Shown here: positions 11,574 through 21,200 of the stretch, piece after piece
How the letters are laid out: each line of letters begins with the position of its first letter
Position numbering within the stretch: position 1 is the stretch's first letter
From: Candidatus Saccharimonadota bacterium
Lineage (GTDB): Bacteria > Patescibacteriota > Saccharimonadia > Saccharimonadales > Saccharimonadaceae
DNA: 64,000 nucleotides
Direction: 5' to 3'
Assembly: GCA_017406775.1 (NCBI GenBank)
Contig: JAFQXV010000014.1
Span: forward strand, 22,962-86,961
The notes under the pieces: model-generated
The model's database searches: none
The model's input: only the letters and a program-made list of their open reading frames with translations
What the model was told of the DNA's origin: nothing
Translations under genes and position numbers: made by a program

Positions 11574-12777
11574 TTTAGCTATAGTATTTGACGATCTAAC
11601 CGAATTCTTTGTCATGCAACCAGCAATCAATGCTATGGAAAAAACAAACATCAAAGTTGATATTATTGTTCCATACGATAGTGGTTATAATCATCTTGCA
11701 GAATATACTTTTAAAAAAATCAAATCTCTGGGTTATTCTCCCCTCAAAGACGCCCCCAACAACGTTCGCTATAAAATATTACTTACTCCATATCCTGGAC
11801 TAGATATTGTTAAACGCTTAAACTACGTATATCATATCCGATACCCTTATGGGGCCTTTTCTGCAAAACCTAACCCCACTTATCTTCCGGAATGCAAAAT
11901 CGATTATGATGCTATTTTTTCTTTTAATAAATACGAAACATTTCTTAATGCTTACGGACCAATCATATATCCTCTACCATATTGGAGATATCATAATTTT
12001 AAAAGACAAGCAACAAACAACAAAAAACCCACGCTTCTTCTTTTACCCACTTTTGGTACGGACGTTAGCTTTATTAAGCATTTTACCACCAAGACTATGG
12101 AAGATATTAAGCAGCATTTTCATATTATTGCAAAAGCCCACCATGCCGTTCATTTTGGTATAGACGGAGAAGAATCTCTTGAAATACTTGAGAATTTGTC
12201 TGACGAATTTTATGATTCGAGTGTTGCTATCGATACGCTTTTAAGTAAAGCTAATGTTGTTTTATCCGACAACTCCGGAGCAATCTTCGAAGCTATTTGC
12301 GCTGGCGTCCCTATTGCAATTTTTACTGACGATCCTAACGCTAGACACTTGAATAAATTAAACACCATGCAATACGAACTTGTACAAGAAAAAGTTATTC
12401 CTCAAGCAAAAAAACCCAACGAAATATTACCAATACTTTTAAATATCAAGAAGTATGCTAAAAAACAAGCAGAAACTAAAGAAAAACTCTTTATCTGTGA
12501 TTACAAAAACCCATATAAAGATTTTCTAGATATCATCAATCATTATCTAGAAATCGACGAAAACACAGACAAGCGCAAAATCTTACACGACATTCTTTTA
12601 GAAAAATTATCAGAACAAGAACTCAGAATCAAAAAACTAGAACAAGAGATTATTAAAAAAGACGAAATATCCGCAAATCTTACTAAGCACATAGAGGCTA
12701 TTTATAATTCTACTAGTTGGAAGATTACTAAACCTTTACGCATAATAAAAACAAAAGGCCAATCAAATGCTAAATAA
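11554..12777 (+). CDS. CDP-glycerol glycerophosphotransferase-like (TagB/F-like) protein with coiled-coil tail
   Basis: KPTLLLLPTFG, LLSKANVVLSDNSGAIFEA resemble the TagF-family C-terminal fold; ends in coiled coil + NSTSWKITKPLR. Confidence 0.6.
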   Translation: MKKTDHNLAIVFDDLTEFFVMQPAINAMEKTNIKVDIIVPYDSGYNHLAEYTFKKIKSLGYSPLKDAPNNVRYKILLTPYPGLDIVKRLNYVYHIRYPYGAFSAKPNPTYLPECKIDYDAIFSFNKYETFLNAYGPIIYPLPYWRYHNFKRQATNNKKPTLLLLPTFGTDVSFIKHFTTKTMEDIKQHFHIIAKAHHAVHFGIDGEESLEILENLSDEFYDSSVAIDTLLSKANVVLSDNSGAIFEAICAGVPIAIFTDDPNARHLNKLNTMQYELVQEKVIPQAKKPNEILPILLNIKKYAKKQAETKEKLFICDYKNPYKDFLDIINHYLEIDENTDKRKILHDILLEKLSEQELRIKKLEQEIIKKDEISANLTKHIEAIYNSTSWKITKPLRIIKTKGQSNAK

Positions 12778-14062
12778 TAAACGTTTTCTTATTACTCAAC
12801 CAATCATTCGCTCAATCAATGGTTCTACCGTAGTCACTTTAGAACTAGCACAAGAATTAAAAAAACGTGGAGCCAAAGTTACAGTTTACACTTGCGATTA
12901 TGCCGATCCCGCCAAAACAATATTCAAAAACTCTGGCATACAAGTTGATCAAGCTAAAGACAATCCAAATTATCAACTATCAAATTTTGATTATATCTGG
13001 GTTCATTCTCAAATCATCCCGTTAAGTATTATCAAGCATTTATCCAAAAAACTTCCTGCCAAATTACCTTCTTTTATCTTCTTGCATATGTCTGGAATGG
13101 ATTGGATTCCAGATGAAAAACCATGGATTTATAATTTAGAAAACCAGCTCAGTAGTATGTCGTTATTTATCTGCGAAGAAGTAGAAAATGTTAATCAACC
13201 ACTTCTTAACTCTAAAATACCTACAGACTACTTCAGAAACCCTGCCCCCGCTATTTATAAAGACCGCTCGCTAAAGCCTAACGAACAACTTCAAAAACTA
13301 CTCATAGTATCTAGTCACCCTCCAGAAGAAGTTCTGGAAGCAAAACAAATCCTCCAATCCAAATATAATATCAAAGTCGATGTACTTGGTGAAGGTCAAG
13401 AAAAGTACGAGCTCTTTAGTAAAAAACTTCTGGAGCAATACGATGCAGTTCTCACCATCGCAAAAACCGTTCAATACTGTCTGCTCTCTGGTACACCAGT
13501 TTATGTTTATGATGCCTATGGCGGCGGACCAGGTTGGCTCAATAAAAAAAATATTAAAGACTCTAAAATACGTAATTTTTCTGGCTACCAAAATGATAAA
13601 TATCCCAATTACGAAGGCGGCATTTTTCATTACAAAACCGCTAATCAAATTGTCACCGAATTATTGAACGGATATCATGACAGTCTTTTATTTCATCAAA
13701 AACACAAAAACGATTTTACAACAGATTTTTCAATCGACTCAGTATTACCAAAAATCTTCACTAAATTAAAACCTCACAAAATAACTCCATTCTCCTCGGA
13801 ATACGCCAAGTCGGTAATTGCCGCTGAGCTATTCGCTGCAAGTAAATTCGAAATCGGTGGTCGTCTCTACGAAAAGGACCAAACCATCCGTTCATTAATT
13901 CAAGAAATAGACCGTCTAACTCAAGAAAACTCTCACCTTCTCACTTTCAAACAAAACGCCGAGGCGGTTTTTAATTCAAAATCATATAAATTATTTGATA
14001 AAGCTATTAAACCGTATAAAAAATTAAAAGAAAGGAACCTTCATCGTGTCAAATTCCAATAA
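12767..14062 (+). CDS. Putative GT-B fold glycosyltransferase with coiled-coil tail
   Basis: GSTVVTLELAQELKKRGAKVTVYT GT-B-like start; tail NSKSYKLFDKAIKP; locus context. Confidence 0.55.
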   Translation: MLNNKRFLITQPIIRSINGSTVVTLELAQELKKRGAKVTVYTCDYADPAKTIFKNSGIQVDQAKDNPNYQLSNFDYIWVHSQIIPLSIIKHLSKKLPAKLPSFIFLHMSGMDWIPDEKPWIYNLENQLSSMSLFICEEVENVNQPLLNSKIPTDYFRNPAPAIYKDRSLKPNEQLQKLLIVSSHPPEEVLEAKQILQSKYNIKVDVLGEGQEKYELFSKKLLEQYDAVLTIAKTVQYCLLSGTPVYVYDAYGGGPGWLNKKNIKDSKIRNFSGYQNDKYPNYEGGIFHYKTANQIVTELLNGYHDSLLFHQKHKNDFTTDFSIDSVLPKIFTKLKPHKITPFSSEYAKSVIAAELFAASKFEIGGRLYEKDQTIRSLIQEIDRLTQENSHLLTFKQNAEAVFNSKSYKLFDKAIKPYKKLKERNLHRVKFQ

Positions 14063-14489
14063 TCTAGTAATCGGATACGTTTCTGGCGCATGGGATATGT
14101 TTCATATCGGCCATTTAAACCTCCTCAGAAAAGCAAAAACCCATTGCGACTATCTAATAGTAGGAGTAAACACTGACAAGCGCATTATCGAACAAAAGAA
14201 ACGAACGCCAGTTTTTCCATATAAAGATCGTGCCGCTATAGTCAAAGCTTGTAAATATGTCGATAAAGTTATCCCTCAAAACGATAGCGATAGGCTCTCC
14301 ACTTGGAAAAAATATCACTTTAATAAACTTTTCGCTGGCTCTGACTGGAAAAATACACCAAGATGGAATGAATACGCAGAGCAGCTTAACCCTCTTGGCG
14401 TCGAAATCGTTTTCTTTCCTAGAACCAAAGGTATCTCAAGTACTAAAATTAGAGAAACTATTCAAAAAATATCTGAAAAAGAATTATAA
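14046..14489 (+). CDS. tagD: Glycerol-3-phosphate cytidylyltransferase family
   Basis: GAWDMFHIGHLNLL (HxGH), RTKGISST. Confidence 0.85.
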   Translation: MSNSNNLVIGYVSGAWDMFHIGHLNLLRKAKTHCDYLIVGVNTDKRIIEQKKRTPVFPYKDRAAIVKACKYVDKVIPQNDSDRLSTWKKYHFNKLFAGSDWKNTPRWNEYAEQLNPLGVEIVFFPRTKGISSTKIRETIQKISEKEL

Positions 14490-14495
14490 AGTCAA

Positions 14496-15518
14496 ATGAA
14501 AAGAATTAAAGATATAGATATCCTCAGGGCAATCGCTATCATTCTAGTTATAGTAGGGCACACACCATATCCAGGATTTAACCCAGAATTACATAAATGG
14601 ATTTACGCTTTTCATATTCCTCTTTTTTTCTTCGTCTCTGGTTTATCTTTATATTTCACCAATTATCATAACCTAAACTTAAAAAAGAATTTTAAAAAAC
14701 GTTTCAATCGTATTTATTTACCATATTTAATATGGAGTATAGCTTTAGCTTTACCTAGTATTTCCGTAATGACTATACCTAAAATTCTCTATGGCACTCA
14801 CCAGTCAATCGCCTCAGTTAGTAATAGCTCTCTCTGGTTTCTTCCAGTTTTATTCTTTGCGACAATCTTTTTAGATCTTATTCTATTTTTTTCCTACAAG
14901 AAAAACTGGCAAAAATATCTTCCATTTTTACTGATTATCTTTTTCCTTATCGTTCTACTCATACCATCTCAATCCTCTATTCAATACCTGTTAGGTGGAC
15001 ATAACTTACCTTTTGGTATAGATGTAGTGCCTATGGCCATTTTATTTATGTTGTCTGGTTATCTTTTTCAAATCCATCGCAAAACAAAAGAACTAAAAAT
15101 ACCAATTTTAATTTCCGTACCATTAATTATCTTATCTATAACAATATTGACATACTTTAGTCTTCATAATAATACTAATTATGTCCTTATGGCGGAAAAT
15201 CGCTACGGCAACTATTTGTATTTCTTTATTGCCGCTTTTTCAGGAATTATCGCTAGCTTCTTGATTTCTTTTACTATAGCCAGACACACCTCTAAATTAT
15301 CAAAACTAATGCAAAAAATCGGTTCAGATACTATGATTATTTTCATATTACATAAATACCCCCTTCAATTAATTAATGACCTTATTTTACTAATCCCAGT
15401 TGCGCATATTTCAAATTATTTTATCATTCCACTTTATTTAATTTTCGCATTAATCATATGTATACCAATTTCATCACTCATCAAAAAACATGCTTCGATC
15501 CTGATTGGTAAATTATAA
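14496..15518 (+). CDS. Acyltransferase family 3 (O-acetyltransferase)
   Basis: IDILRAIAIILVIVGH, FHIPLFFFVSG, LWFL; multi-TM. Confidence 0.9.
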   Translation: MKRIKDIDILRAIAIILVIVGHTPYPGFNPELHKWIYAFHIPLFFFVSGLSLYFTNYHNLNLKKNFKKRFNRIYLPYLIWSIALALPSISVMTIPKILYGTHQSIASVSNSSLWFLPVLFFATIFLDLILFFSYKKNWQKYLPFLLIIFFLIVLLIPSQSSIQYLLGGHNLPFGIDVVPMAILFMLSGYLFQIHRKTKELKIPILISVPLIILSITILTYFSLHNNTNYVLMAENRYGNYLYFFIAAFSGIIASFLISFTIARHTSKLSKLMQKIGSDTMIIFILHKYPLQLINDLILLIPVAHISNYFIIPLYLIFALIICIPISSLIKKHASILIGKL

Positions 15519-15530
15519 TATTATCACCAC

Positions 15531-16700
15531 CTAGGAAAGCCTACTAATATTTCGCACATTCAGTAAATCTTTTGCTAGTTCCAATGCGTTTTTAATTGCC
15601 TTATCCATGTCCCAATATTGATATGCCCCCAACCTTCCACCTAGCACCATATTCGGATACTTTTTTTTGCATAGCTCAACATATTTATTATATAATTCAC
15701 GCGATTCTTCACTATCTACCGGATAATATGCTTCTCCACCTTTTTCAAAATCCACCGGATATTCCCTCGCAATATAAGAAATTTTTTGTTCGATTACTTC
15801 TGGTTGATGAATTTGATAATATTTATAATCATGCGTTCTAGTATAGGGCACATTCTTGTCCGCTTCATTAATTACAGCTTCACCCAACCCATCTTCGGTT
15901 TTTTCTTCTTCAAATCTTAGAGATCGCCACGGCAAGACTCCAAATTCATAATCGAGTAGTTCGTCCACTTGTCCACAATAAATAATCTTTATATTTATTG
16001 GCAGATCTTTTTTAATATCTTTAAAATTCGTATTTAATTTTACTTCAATGTTTTCTGAATAAAGCATATTTTTGATCATTTTAGTATATCCATCTTTTGG
16101 TATACCTTGATGTTTAGCTGTCATAAAATATCGGTTATCATGCGAAAACCTTACCGGAATCCGACTTAAAATTTCGGCCGATAAGTTAGTCGCCGAAGTA
16201 TTCCATTGCTTTTCGGTATAATTTTTAAGAAACGCCGTATAAAGTTTCTCCCCCACCAAACTAATCCCCTTTTCCTCAAAATTTTTTGGCTCAACAATTC
16301 CATACTTCTCGCTACCCTTTCTGGCCTCTTCAGTAATAAATTTCTCCGCTTCTTCTGCCGACATCTCCGTTCCGTATAATAGATTAACTGTATCAAGATT
16401 AATTGGCATCGGATAAAGTTTGCCTTCATGTCTAGTATTCACTGTATGGGTATAATTATTAAACTCAGTAAATTCAGTAATGTAATCCCAGACCTCATTC
16501 ATCTCGGTATGAAAAATATGTGAACCATATTTATGAATTTCAATACCGGTTTCTTCGTCTGTATAGGAATAAATATTTCCCGCCAAATGAGAACGCCTAT
16601 CAATTACTAAAACCTTTTTACCAGCCGAAGCTAATCTTTCCGCTACAGTAGCCCCAAATATCCCCGCCCCCACAATTAGATAGTCCTTATTAATTTCCAT
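15531..16700 (-). CDS. glf: UDP-galactopyranose mutase
   Basis: IVGAGIFG, HKYGSHIFHT, WRSL, YYPV, GGRLGAYQYWDMDKAI. Confidence 0.95.
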   Translation of the reverse strand: MEINKDYLIVGAGIFGATVAERLASAGKKVLVIDRRSHLAGNIYSYTDEETGIEIHKYGSHIFHTEMNEVWDYITEFTEFNNYTHTVNTRHEGKLYPMPINLDTVNLLYGTEMSAEEAEKFITEEARKGSEKYGIVEPKNFEEKGISLVGEKLYTAFLKNYTEKQWNTSATNLSAEILSRIPVRFSHDNRYFMTAKHQGIPKDGYTKMIKNMLYSENIEVKLNTNFKDIKKDLPINIKIIYCGQVDELLDYEFGVLPWRSLRFEEEKTEDGLGEAVINEADKNVPYTRTHDYKYYQIHQPEVIEQKISYIAREYPVDFEKGGEAYYPVDSEESRELYNKYVELCKKKYPNMVLGGRLGAYQYWDMDKAIKNALELAKDLLNVRNISRLS

Positions 16701-17793
16701 CTAGCTCTCCTTCAACTTCATTTACTTTTTCTGACATATCATAAACGTTTTGCTCTAATTGCTCAATATTCTTATTTATAAAATCTTGCTGTTTATAAGC
16801 AATGTTTATTTTACGATATATTCTACTCATTTTCACTTTTACGCCACGAATTATTTTATGCACCAAATCATTACGTAATATTATAAAAATTTTTTTCTTC
16901 ACCTTAGGGTTATTGATTTGATATTTTTCAATATTCTTTATTATAAAATCTTTTGCAATCTTATGGATCTCCCCATGAAACTTCCTCGCAGAATGTTCAT
17001 ATGAAAACCAATAACTTTCCGAAAACTGGTTCCAAAAAAAATCTATATGTTTTTCTAAAAACCCATGCTTTTTATAAAAATTAAACAATTCCTTCACGAC
17101 TAGCAGATGATCAGGCGAATATGACTGTTTATCAAAATTTTCCGACATAATTGAATTCTCATGACGAATATACGTATATAACTTTCGATTAACAAAGAAG
17201 ATTGTTTTTGCTACGCTCATATATGCGTTATAAAAATAGTAATCCTCATTATTCAATTTATCCGGAAAAGCAATTTTATACTTCCTAACAATTTCCGCTT
17301 TAAAGAGTTTATCACATACCGAAACATCAGTCTGTAGAGTTATTGCTTCATTAATATAATTTTTTCCAAAAAACTTTATCCGGTAATAATTCTTATCGCT
17401 CTCCGCAATTTCAGAATGAGCATCATACTCCACTTCTGTACCGCAAGCAACAATATCTACTTTTTCTCGCTCAATGGCTTGAACCATTATCTCGCACATT
17501 TCATTATCAAACTCATCATCCGCATCACAAAACATTAAGTAAGATGAGTTCGCATTTTTAATACCAGTATTTCGGGCAGAAGATAATCCACCATTCTTCT
17601 GATTAACTATTTTTATCCGTTTGTCTTTTTTTGCCCACGCTTCAAGAATTTCAAGAGACCCATCCGTAGAACCATCATTTACGCAAATAATTTCTATATC
17701 TTTCAAAGTTTGGTTTGTTAATTTTTCGAGACTACGATTAACCAATTTTTCACAATTATAAACTGGCACAATCACACTGACCTTACTGCTCAT
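16690..17793 (-). CDS. Glycosyltransferase family 2
   Basis: VIVPVYN, VNDGSTD, GGLSSARN, FCDADD. Confidence 0.93.
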   Translation of the reverse strand: MSSKVSVIVPVYNCEKLVNRSLEKLTNQTLKDIEIICVNDGSTDGSLEILEAWAKKDKRIKIVNQKNGGLSSARNTGIKNANSSYLMFCDADDEFDNEMCEIMVQAIEREKVDIVACGTEVEYDAHSEIAESDKNYYRIKFFGKNYINEAITLQTDVSVCDKLFKAEIVRKYKIAFPDKLNNEDYYFYNAYMSVAKTIFFVNRKLYTYIRHENSIMSENFDKQSYSPDHLLVVKELFNFYKKHGFLEKHIDFFWNQFSESYWFSYEHSARKFHGEIHKIAKDFIIKNIEKYQINNPKVKKKIFIILRNDLVHKIIRGVKVKMSRIYRKINIAYKQQDFINKNIEQLEQNVYDMSEKVNEVEGELDGN

Positions 17794-18935
17794 TTTTTAT
17801 TATTCCTTTTTTCGATATTCTCAATTTTACTCGCTAGTTCTTCCTGCGCTACCCTCAACCTATCCAAAGCATCTATCGTCTTTAGCCTTTGTCGATACCG
17901 TGGCGAAATAGCTTTAACTACTTTAGAAACCGACGGCCTAATCTTATTACGTAAATCATGTAAAGGTCGAAACAGAATATATATTTTTGGATATCGGATA
18001 GCAAACATTTTTGAGTTATGTTTTCCGACTTCATCTAATTTTGCAGAATCCAAATAACCACCCTCTTTTGCCCGCTTATAATCCGCTTTAACAACACTCG
18101 AAAACTTCAGAGCTGCTTTCCTATTCAATCTATGTAAATTCCAAATATACCCACCAAATCTACAAGTAAAAGCAACTGAACCGAGTTCATCCATTAAACC
18201 TTTTTCTTCCAAAAATTTTTCTACAGAATCGTATTCATCTTTTACGCAATAAATTTTACTTGCATCCTTAACCGACGAATTAGCATTATCCTGCCGATAA
18301 TGTAAAAATGCTTTTTTTACAAAATAAGCTTTCCTTGCTACCGACCATACTTTAAAATTAAAACCAGCATCCTGATAAGCCGCTCCAGGAGTCGGCAAAA
18401 AATTAATTCCGTTTTCTTTTAAAAAACTATTTTTATATATTGCTGCCCAAATACATGGTGGTTGATAGAAAATTTCTCTATGTTTCCTTGGATCAATTAC
18501 CCTCCCTATCTGATCAGGCAAAAACATATCACTAACTGCACTGTCTTTTTTAGTTTCACCATAATATTCATAAAAATTTGATTTTATTACTTCTACATCA
18601 TATTTTTCCGCAATTCGATATAACTCCAAAAACGCATCCTTATCAATAAAATCATCCGATTCGACAATTCCAACATATTCTCCAGTTGCCTTCTTTAACC
18701 CTTGATTTATCGAATCACCATAGCCAGAATTTTTCTTATCTATTATTACTATTCGTTTATCATTTTTTGCATAATCTTTTATTATTTTTAAAGAATTATC
18801 CTTAGAACCATCATTTATACAGATTATTTCAATTTCTTTTAACGTTTGGTTAACTAAACTATCCAAACACTCCGGCAAAAATTTTTCTACGTTATAAATC
18901 GGCACCAACACTGATACCTTTACTCTACTCTTCAT
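17790..18935 (-). CDS. Glycosyltransferase family 2
   Basis: VLVPIYNVEKFL, INDGSKD, GYGDSIN, IVESDD. Confidence 0.93.
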   Translation of the reverse strand: MKSRVKVSVLVPIYNVEKFLPECLDSLVNQTLKEIEIICINDGSKDNSLKIIKDYAKNDKRIVIIDKKNSGYGDSINQGLKKATGEYVGIVESDDFIDKDAFLELYRIAEKYDVEVIKSNFYEYYGETKKDSAVSDMFLPDQIGRVIDPRKHREIFYQPPCIWAAIYKNSFLKENGINFLPTPGAAYQDAGFNFKVWSVARKAYFVKKAFLHYRQDNANSSVKDASKIYCVKDEYDSVEKFLEEKGLMDELGSVAFTCRFGGYIWNLHRLNRKAALKFSSVVKADYKRAKEGGYLDSAKLDEVGKHNSKMFAIRYPKIYILFRPLHDLRNKIRPSVSKVVKAISPRYRQRLKTIDALDRLRVAQEELASKIENIEKRNNKK

Positions 18936-18979
18936 ACCTCTATTATAGCATAAATGCTACTCTTATCATATAGACTATT

Positions 18980-19903
18980 CTATTTTTTATTTCGAATATC
19001 AATCAATCTTTGTTCAAAATCCTGCCTATCTTTTTGCCTCAGAGTTTTTAAGATTAATCCTGCAAAAAAAGCCTGAATTGCTGTTAAAAAGACAAAACCA
19101 CATACAATCAACGTCGGAAAATTTGGCACCAACCCAGTATTAATATATTCAATTAAAATTGGGATGAAAAAAACCGTCGCCACAAGTGTTAGCAAAAATG
19201 CAATTATTCCAAAAAAAGCCATCGGTCTATAGTTTCTAAATAATCGGATTATCATCATAATAACTTTAAACCCATCCGAATAAGTATTTAGTTTTGAATC
19301 ACTTCCTTTTGGACGATCCCTGTAATTAATTGGTATACTTTTAACTAACATATTTTTATCTATAGCCCAAATACTCATTTCCGTCTCAACCTCAAACCCT
19401 TGCGAAAGAACTGGGAAGCTTTTAACAAACTGATAATTAAATGCCCTACAACCAGTCATAATATCCTTTATATCACTCCTAAAAAACGTATTGATAGCCC
19501 AACGTACTGCTGTATTTCCAATATTATGAAATGGCCTTTTATTCTCTTTAAAGTAAGTTGAAGATAAGCGATCACCCACAACCATGTCCGCTCCATCACT
19601 GAAAACAGCATCAATCAACTCTTTTGATGAGTCCGCAGGATAAGTATCATCACCGTCAATCATAATATAGCATTGCGCATCTACCTCACGAAACATTTTT
19701 CTAATTACATTTCCCTTACCTTGTTGTTTTACATATCTCACTATCGCACCAGCTTTTTTAGCTATTTCATCGCTTCCATCAGAAGAATTATTGTCATACA
19801 CATAAATTACCGCCTTAGGTAATGCTTTTTTCCAATCTGTCACGACTTTACGTATTGTTTTTGCTTCATTATAACAAGGTATCAAAACAGCTATCTTATC
19901 CAT
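18980..19903 (-). CDS. Polyprenol-phosphate glycosyltransferase (GtrB/DPM1-like GT2)
   Basis: LIPCYNEA, YDNNSSD, QGKGN, IDGDDTY, two C-terminal TM helices. Confidence 0.9.
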   Translation of the reverse strand: MDKIAVLIPCYNEAKTIRKVVTDWKKALPKAVIYVYDNNSSDGSDEIAKKAGAIVRYVKQQGKGNVIRKMFREVDAQCYIMIDGDDTYPADSSKELIDAVFSDGADMVVGDRLSSTYFKENKRPFHNIGNTAVRWAINTFFRSDIKDIMTGCRAFNYQFVKSFPVLSQGFEVETEMSIWAIDKNMLVKSIPINYRDRPKGSDSKLNTYSDGFKVIMMIIRLFRNYRPMAFFGIIAFLLTLVATVFFIPILIEYINTGLVPNFPTLIVCGFVFLTAIQAFFAGLILKTLRQKDRQDFEQRLIDIRNKK

Positions 19904-21167
19904 TTTTCCCTTTTCCCCATTCTTTTTTCTTGTTTAATTCCAATAAACTAACAATATAGCAACCAATTGCAAATACAAATATGCTAAGAGTTCTATAAGT
20001 AAAGAACATATGCCAATACGAATGATTAGCTATCACTAAGTACCAAATTACTGAAATTAGTGAAACTAAAAGTATCCACAAATTATCGACCACCTTTTTA
20101 CGATTAATTTTTATCTTTTTCATTAATAAAAACGCTACTATCATGATTATTAAAAACATTACTATAAACCAAAACGGCCCCGTGAATACATTCTTAAATG
20201 CTTCTTCTATAGCTGCAGTTCGAGATATATCTTCGATTTCAGTAGCAGATGACGCCCTTGTTTCTGCCGCCTTAATAGCAGCATCAAATAAGTTCTTTCC
20301 AGTAATAATACTTCCAAGCGCCCATTTTCCCACCCATATCCCAAAATATCCCAAACACCATGCAATACTCCCAAAAATCAGCTGCTTGATGTTTTCCACT
20401 ATAGTCCTTGATTCCTTTTTACTACAAAGCATCAACCATATAAGTAGCGGTATCCCCAGTGTTACAACGGGATAAGTCAAAAGATCAAAATAACAAGTCA
20501 TCATACCTATAATTAGGAACACAAAAACATAATTATTTGACTGCTTAATTTTTTCATAAGATAATAGTTCTATCATTATAGCTAAATTGCAAATAGCAAA
20601 AACCGTAAAATATTGCATTGACCAAGACACTACGGCTGGAAACATAATCGTCATTGCTAATGTATAAGGAATAATATATTTATCCATTTTCCGTTTTCCT
20701 AGCAAATATATCACTCCAACTATTAATAAGATCACTAAAACGGATATTATAATTTGAATTTGATTATAACTAAAAAACATCAAGAGGGGTTTTAAAAATA
20801 ATAAATACCCATGCCAATAACGACTATATGCTTGATGCTTATTCAATGGATTTTCTAAGTCATTTATTATATCATAAGGATCTTTTCCATCTTGTCCTAT
20901 ATGGTAAGAATATATCGAAGCGGTAAAAGGATTTCTATCATTTTCATTTTCTGCCGTAAGAAGCATCAAGGCATCAGTATAGTCATCAGTTTTCGTCGTA
21001 ATAAAATCATTTACTAATATATGATACCCATTTTCAAAAGATGGAGCAGATTTTACTACATTTTCGCGTATCCTTCCGAGCGGTAAACAAAAAACCATTA
21101 CTAGTAGTAAATATCCAGCAAAAACACCTCCAAATAAAAATAGTAATACCCTTAAAACCAATTTCAT
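19896..21167 (-). CDS. Multi-pass membrane protein, probable GT-C glycosyltransferase
   Basis: About 10 TM, YSRYWHGY loop, YFDLLTYP; next to GtrB-like gene; start moved to ATG 21167. Confidence 0.6.
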   Translation of the reverse strand: MKLVLRVLLFLFGGVFAGYLLLVMVFCLPLGRIRENVVKSAPSFENGYHILVNDFITTKTDDYTDALMLLTAENENDRNPFTASIYSYHIGQDGKDPYDIINDLENPLNKHQAYSRYWHGYLLFLKPLLMFFSYNQIQIIISVLVILLIVGVIYLLGKRKMDKYIIPYTLAMTIMFPAVVSWSMQYFTVFAICNLAIMIELLSYEKIKQSNNYVFVFLIIGMMTCYFDLLTYPVVTLGIPLLIWLMLCSKKESRTIVENIKQLIFGSIAWCLGYFGIWVGKWALGSIITGKNLFDAAIKAAETRASSATEIEDISRTAAIEEAFKNVFTGPFWFIVMFLIIMIVAFLLMKKIKINRKKVVDNLWILLVSLISVIWYLVIANHSYWHMFFTYRTLSIFVFAIGCYIVSLLELNKKKEWGKGKNG

Positions 21168-21200
21168 TATATTAATTATAACACCAAAAAACAATAATCC

